A stretch of 64,000 nucleotides of DNA, taken from assembly GCA_030390025.1 (NCBI GenBank), contig CM059431.1:110548001-110612000 (forward strand), written 5' to 3'. How positions within the stretch are numbered: position 1 is the stretch's first letter; each line of letters begins with the position of its first letter. The DNA comes from Squalus acanthias. Lineage: Eukaryota. This document shows positions 62,402-64,000 of the stretch, in pieces. The position numbers were made by a program, and so were the translations under genes. A model generated the notes under the pieces. The model was not told where the DNA came from. It did not search any database and saw only the letters and a program-made list of their open reading frames with translations.

Positions 62402-62640
62402 TAAGAACATAAGAAATAGGAGCAGGAGTAGGCCATTTGGCCCTTCAAGCCTGCTCCGCCATTCAATGAGATCATGGCTGATCTTCTGCCTCAACTCCAT
62501 TTACTGGCCATATCCCTTGATGCCCTTACTAGTCAGAAATCTATCGACTTCTGTTTTGAATATACCCAATGACTGAGCCTCCACAGCCGTCTGGGGTAGA
62601 GAATTCCAAAGATTCACCACCCTGTGTGTGAAGAAATTTC
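62402..62640 (-). mobile_element. CR1 3' end
   Basis: NFFTHRVVNLWNSLPQ on the minus strand; tail CTCCTGCTCCTATTTCTTATGTTCTTAT. Confidence 0.85.
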
Positions 62641-63042
62641 AGCCACCGCGATATTGGGGATTGCTGCCTTCGTTCCACCAGACTGAACAGAGGAAGGCAC
62701 CAAGTAGCTCTAATCGGCTTTATCCATGAACTGCACGGAGCAGGGTGCCTGTTTTTCCACCGACATAGTCAACAGTTTGGTTCAATAGTTATTCTGCGTG
62801 GGCGATTAAGCCAAGCTGTGACGCATACAGGACACAAACTGATGTCACTGTATAGTTTCTTTTTATATTTTAAATAAGCTTGCATAATAACAACAATGGC
62901 ATTTCCAGTGCCTTGAATTCTGTGATTACTCCCTGTTTCCACCTGCTCTGGATGTGAGGTGGACGGTTTCAAACTTAATGTCTGCCCCTCACCCCCCCAA
63001 CACCCTGCCATGGTTTGTTCCCCTTTCCTTTCTTGCAAATTG

Positions 63043-63776
63043 TCATTTTCGTAACAGCCTCTCCCAAAGTCGCTCTATAGAGCTCCCTGCCCTCAAGAAG
63101 CCTGGTGGCTCTTCATTGTTTTGGGGATAATGTTGGTCCCAGAGATTGCTTGGACTGCAACCCCCTTTCTCCATCGAGCTTTTGGAGATTGCTTCTTCAG
63201 AAATCATGATGGGTTCACCCCCAGAAGAGCCATCAGTTGGCATTGATGACGATGAACCATCTGTGGAGATATAATTGTAGAAATAATCATGTATTTTAAA
63301 AGTCGTCTGCATACCTGCATCATAAAGACAACTGCATTAGATTTGAAGCTATTTATTTTAATTTTTAGCATGCAGATAAGAGAGGTCTATGAAGATTAGG
63401 GATCATTATAAGATCTCTACATAAAGTTATGCTTGTCAATTTATGGTACATTACATGTGTTTGGTATCCGTATGTAGTGAATGACATCAGTGAATCAACA
63501 TACCAGTATCAAAGGCATCTGTTGATTGGGTCTCCTCTTCTCTCAGAGAATGCCTTTAACCTCCCTTTTTAAGGTTCTGCCACCTCTTTTGCACTCTTCT
63601 GTATCCCTGGAATGAATGCGTTGACCTTTTTTGGCTGCTTCAACCATGATACTTCAATGTCATGATGCTAGCGGATCTTTCGTGGAAAGCTCTATAAAGG
63701 TCCTGCTGTATTTCTCGCAGTTCTTTTTGCCAACGCTTTGTCTTGGTTTCCCGAAAAGTTTATTTTCACTTGCCAT
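63043..63776 (-). pseudogene. Decayed Myb/SANT-like ORF, possibly Harbinger ORF2
   Basis: With frameshifts, 63541-63650 reads W...KKVNA...RDTEECK(K)RWQNLKK(E)VKGIL. Possible intron between donor GTATGT (63503) and acceptor ATGCAG (63315). Confidence 0.45.
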
Positions 63777-64000
63777 TTTGAAGGTTTATCACAGCAGCAG
63801 ATAAGCCAAAAGTGAAATGGTTCATTTCCAGTCATAAAGATGGCAAATAGGCATCATGTTATTTAACCTTCTCCGTGGACTCAAATAACCATTGTCTGTG
63901 CATTGCCACGTGTAATTGCAGATGACATTTTTATGCATTAGCGATAAACATAAATGACTTTACTACATATCGCACAGGACGATTCACCCAAATTATTGTT

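Noticed and set aside
1..64000. CRISPR array or prokaryotic operon/defence system
   Set aside because: No regularly spaced repeat-spacer array and no gene-dense ORFs; the sequence is vertebrate intron.

Overview
Vertebrate genomic DNA, inferred from the repeat families to be a cartilaginous fish (shark-type CR1/L2 LINEs, Deu-domain SINEs, Penelope-like elements). The whole window lies inside a minus-strand KLF12 gene. Two coding exons are visible: 38244-38373 and 7765-7922 (the latter carries the basic region and C2H2 zinc finger 1). They splice in frame across a ~30 kb intron; the other exons lie outside the window. The rest is intron packed with nested transposon fragments: CR1, L2, another non-LTR LINE with its partner SINE, Deu-domain tRNA SINEs, an LF-SINE-like relic, PIF/Harbinger-like MITEs with 3-bp TSDs and a decayed Myb/SANT ORF. 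The most notable signal is two families of Penelope-like pseudo-LTRs carrying minimal type I hammerhead ribozyme motifs. Five copies are 200-320 bp foldback palindromes with 11-15 bp TSDs, inversion points at or just 5' of the ribozyme core, and an asymmetric 3' tail that can pair back on the pLTR. All family assignments come from motif recognition by eye; no database search was run.
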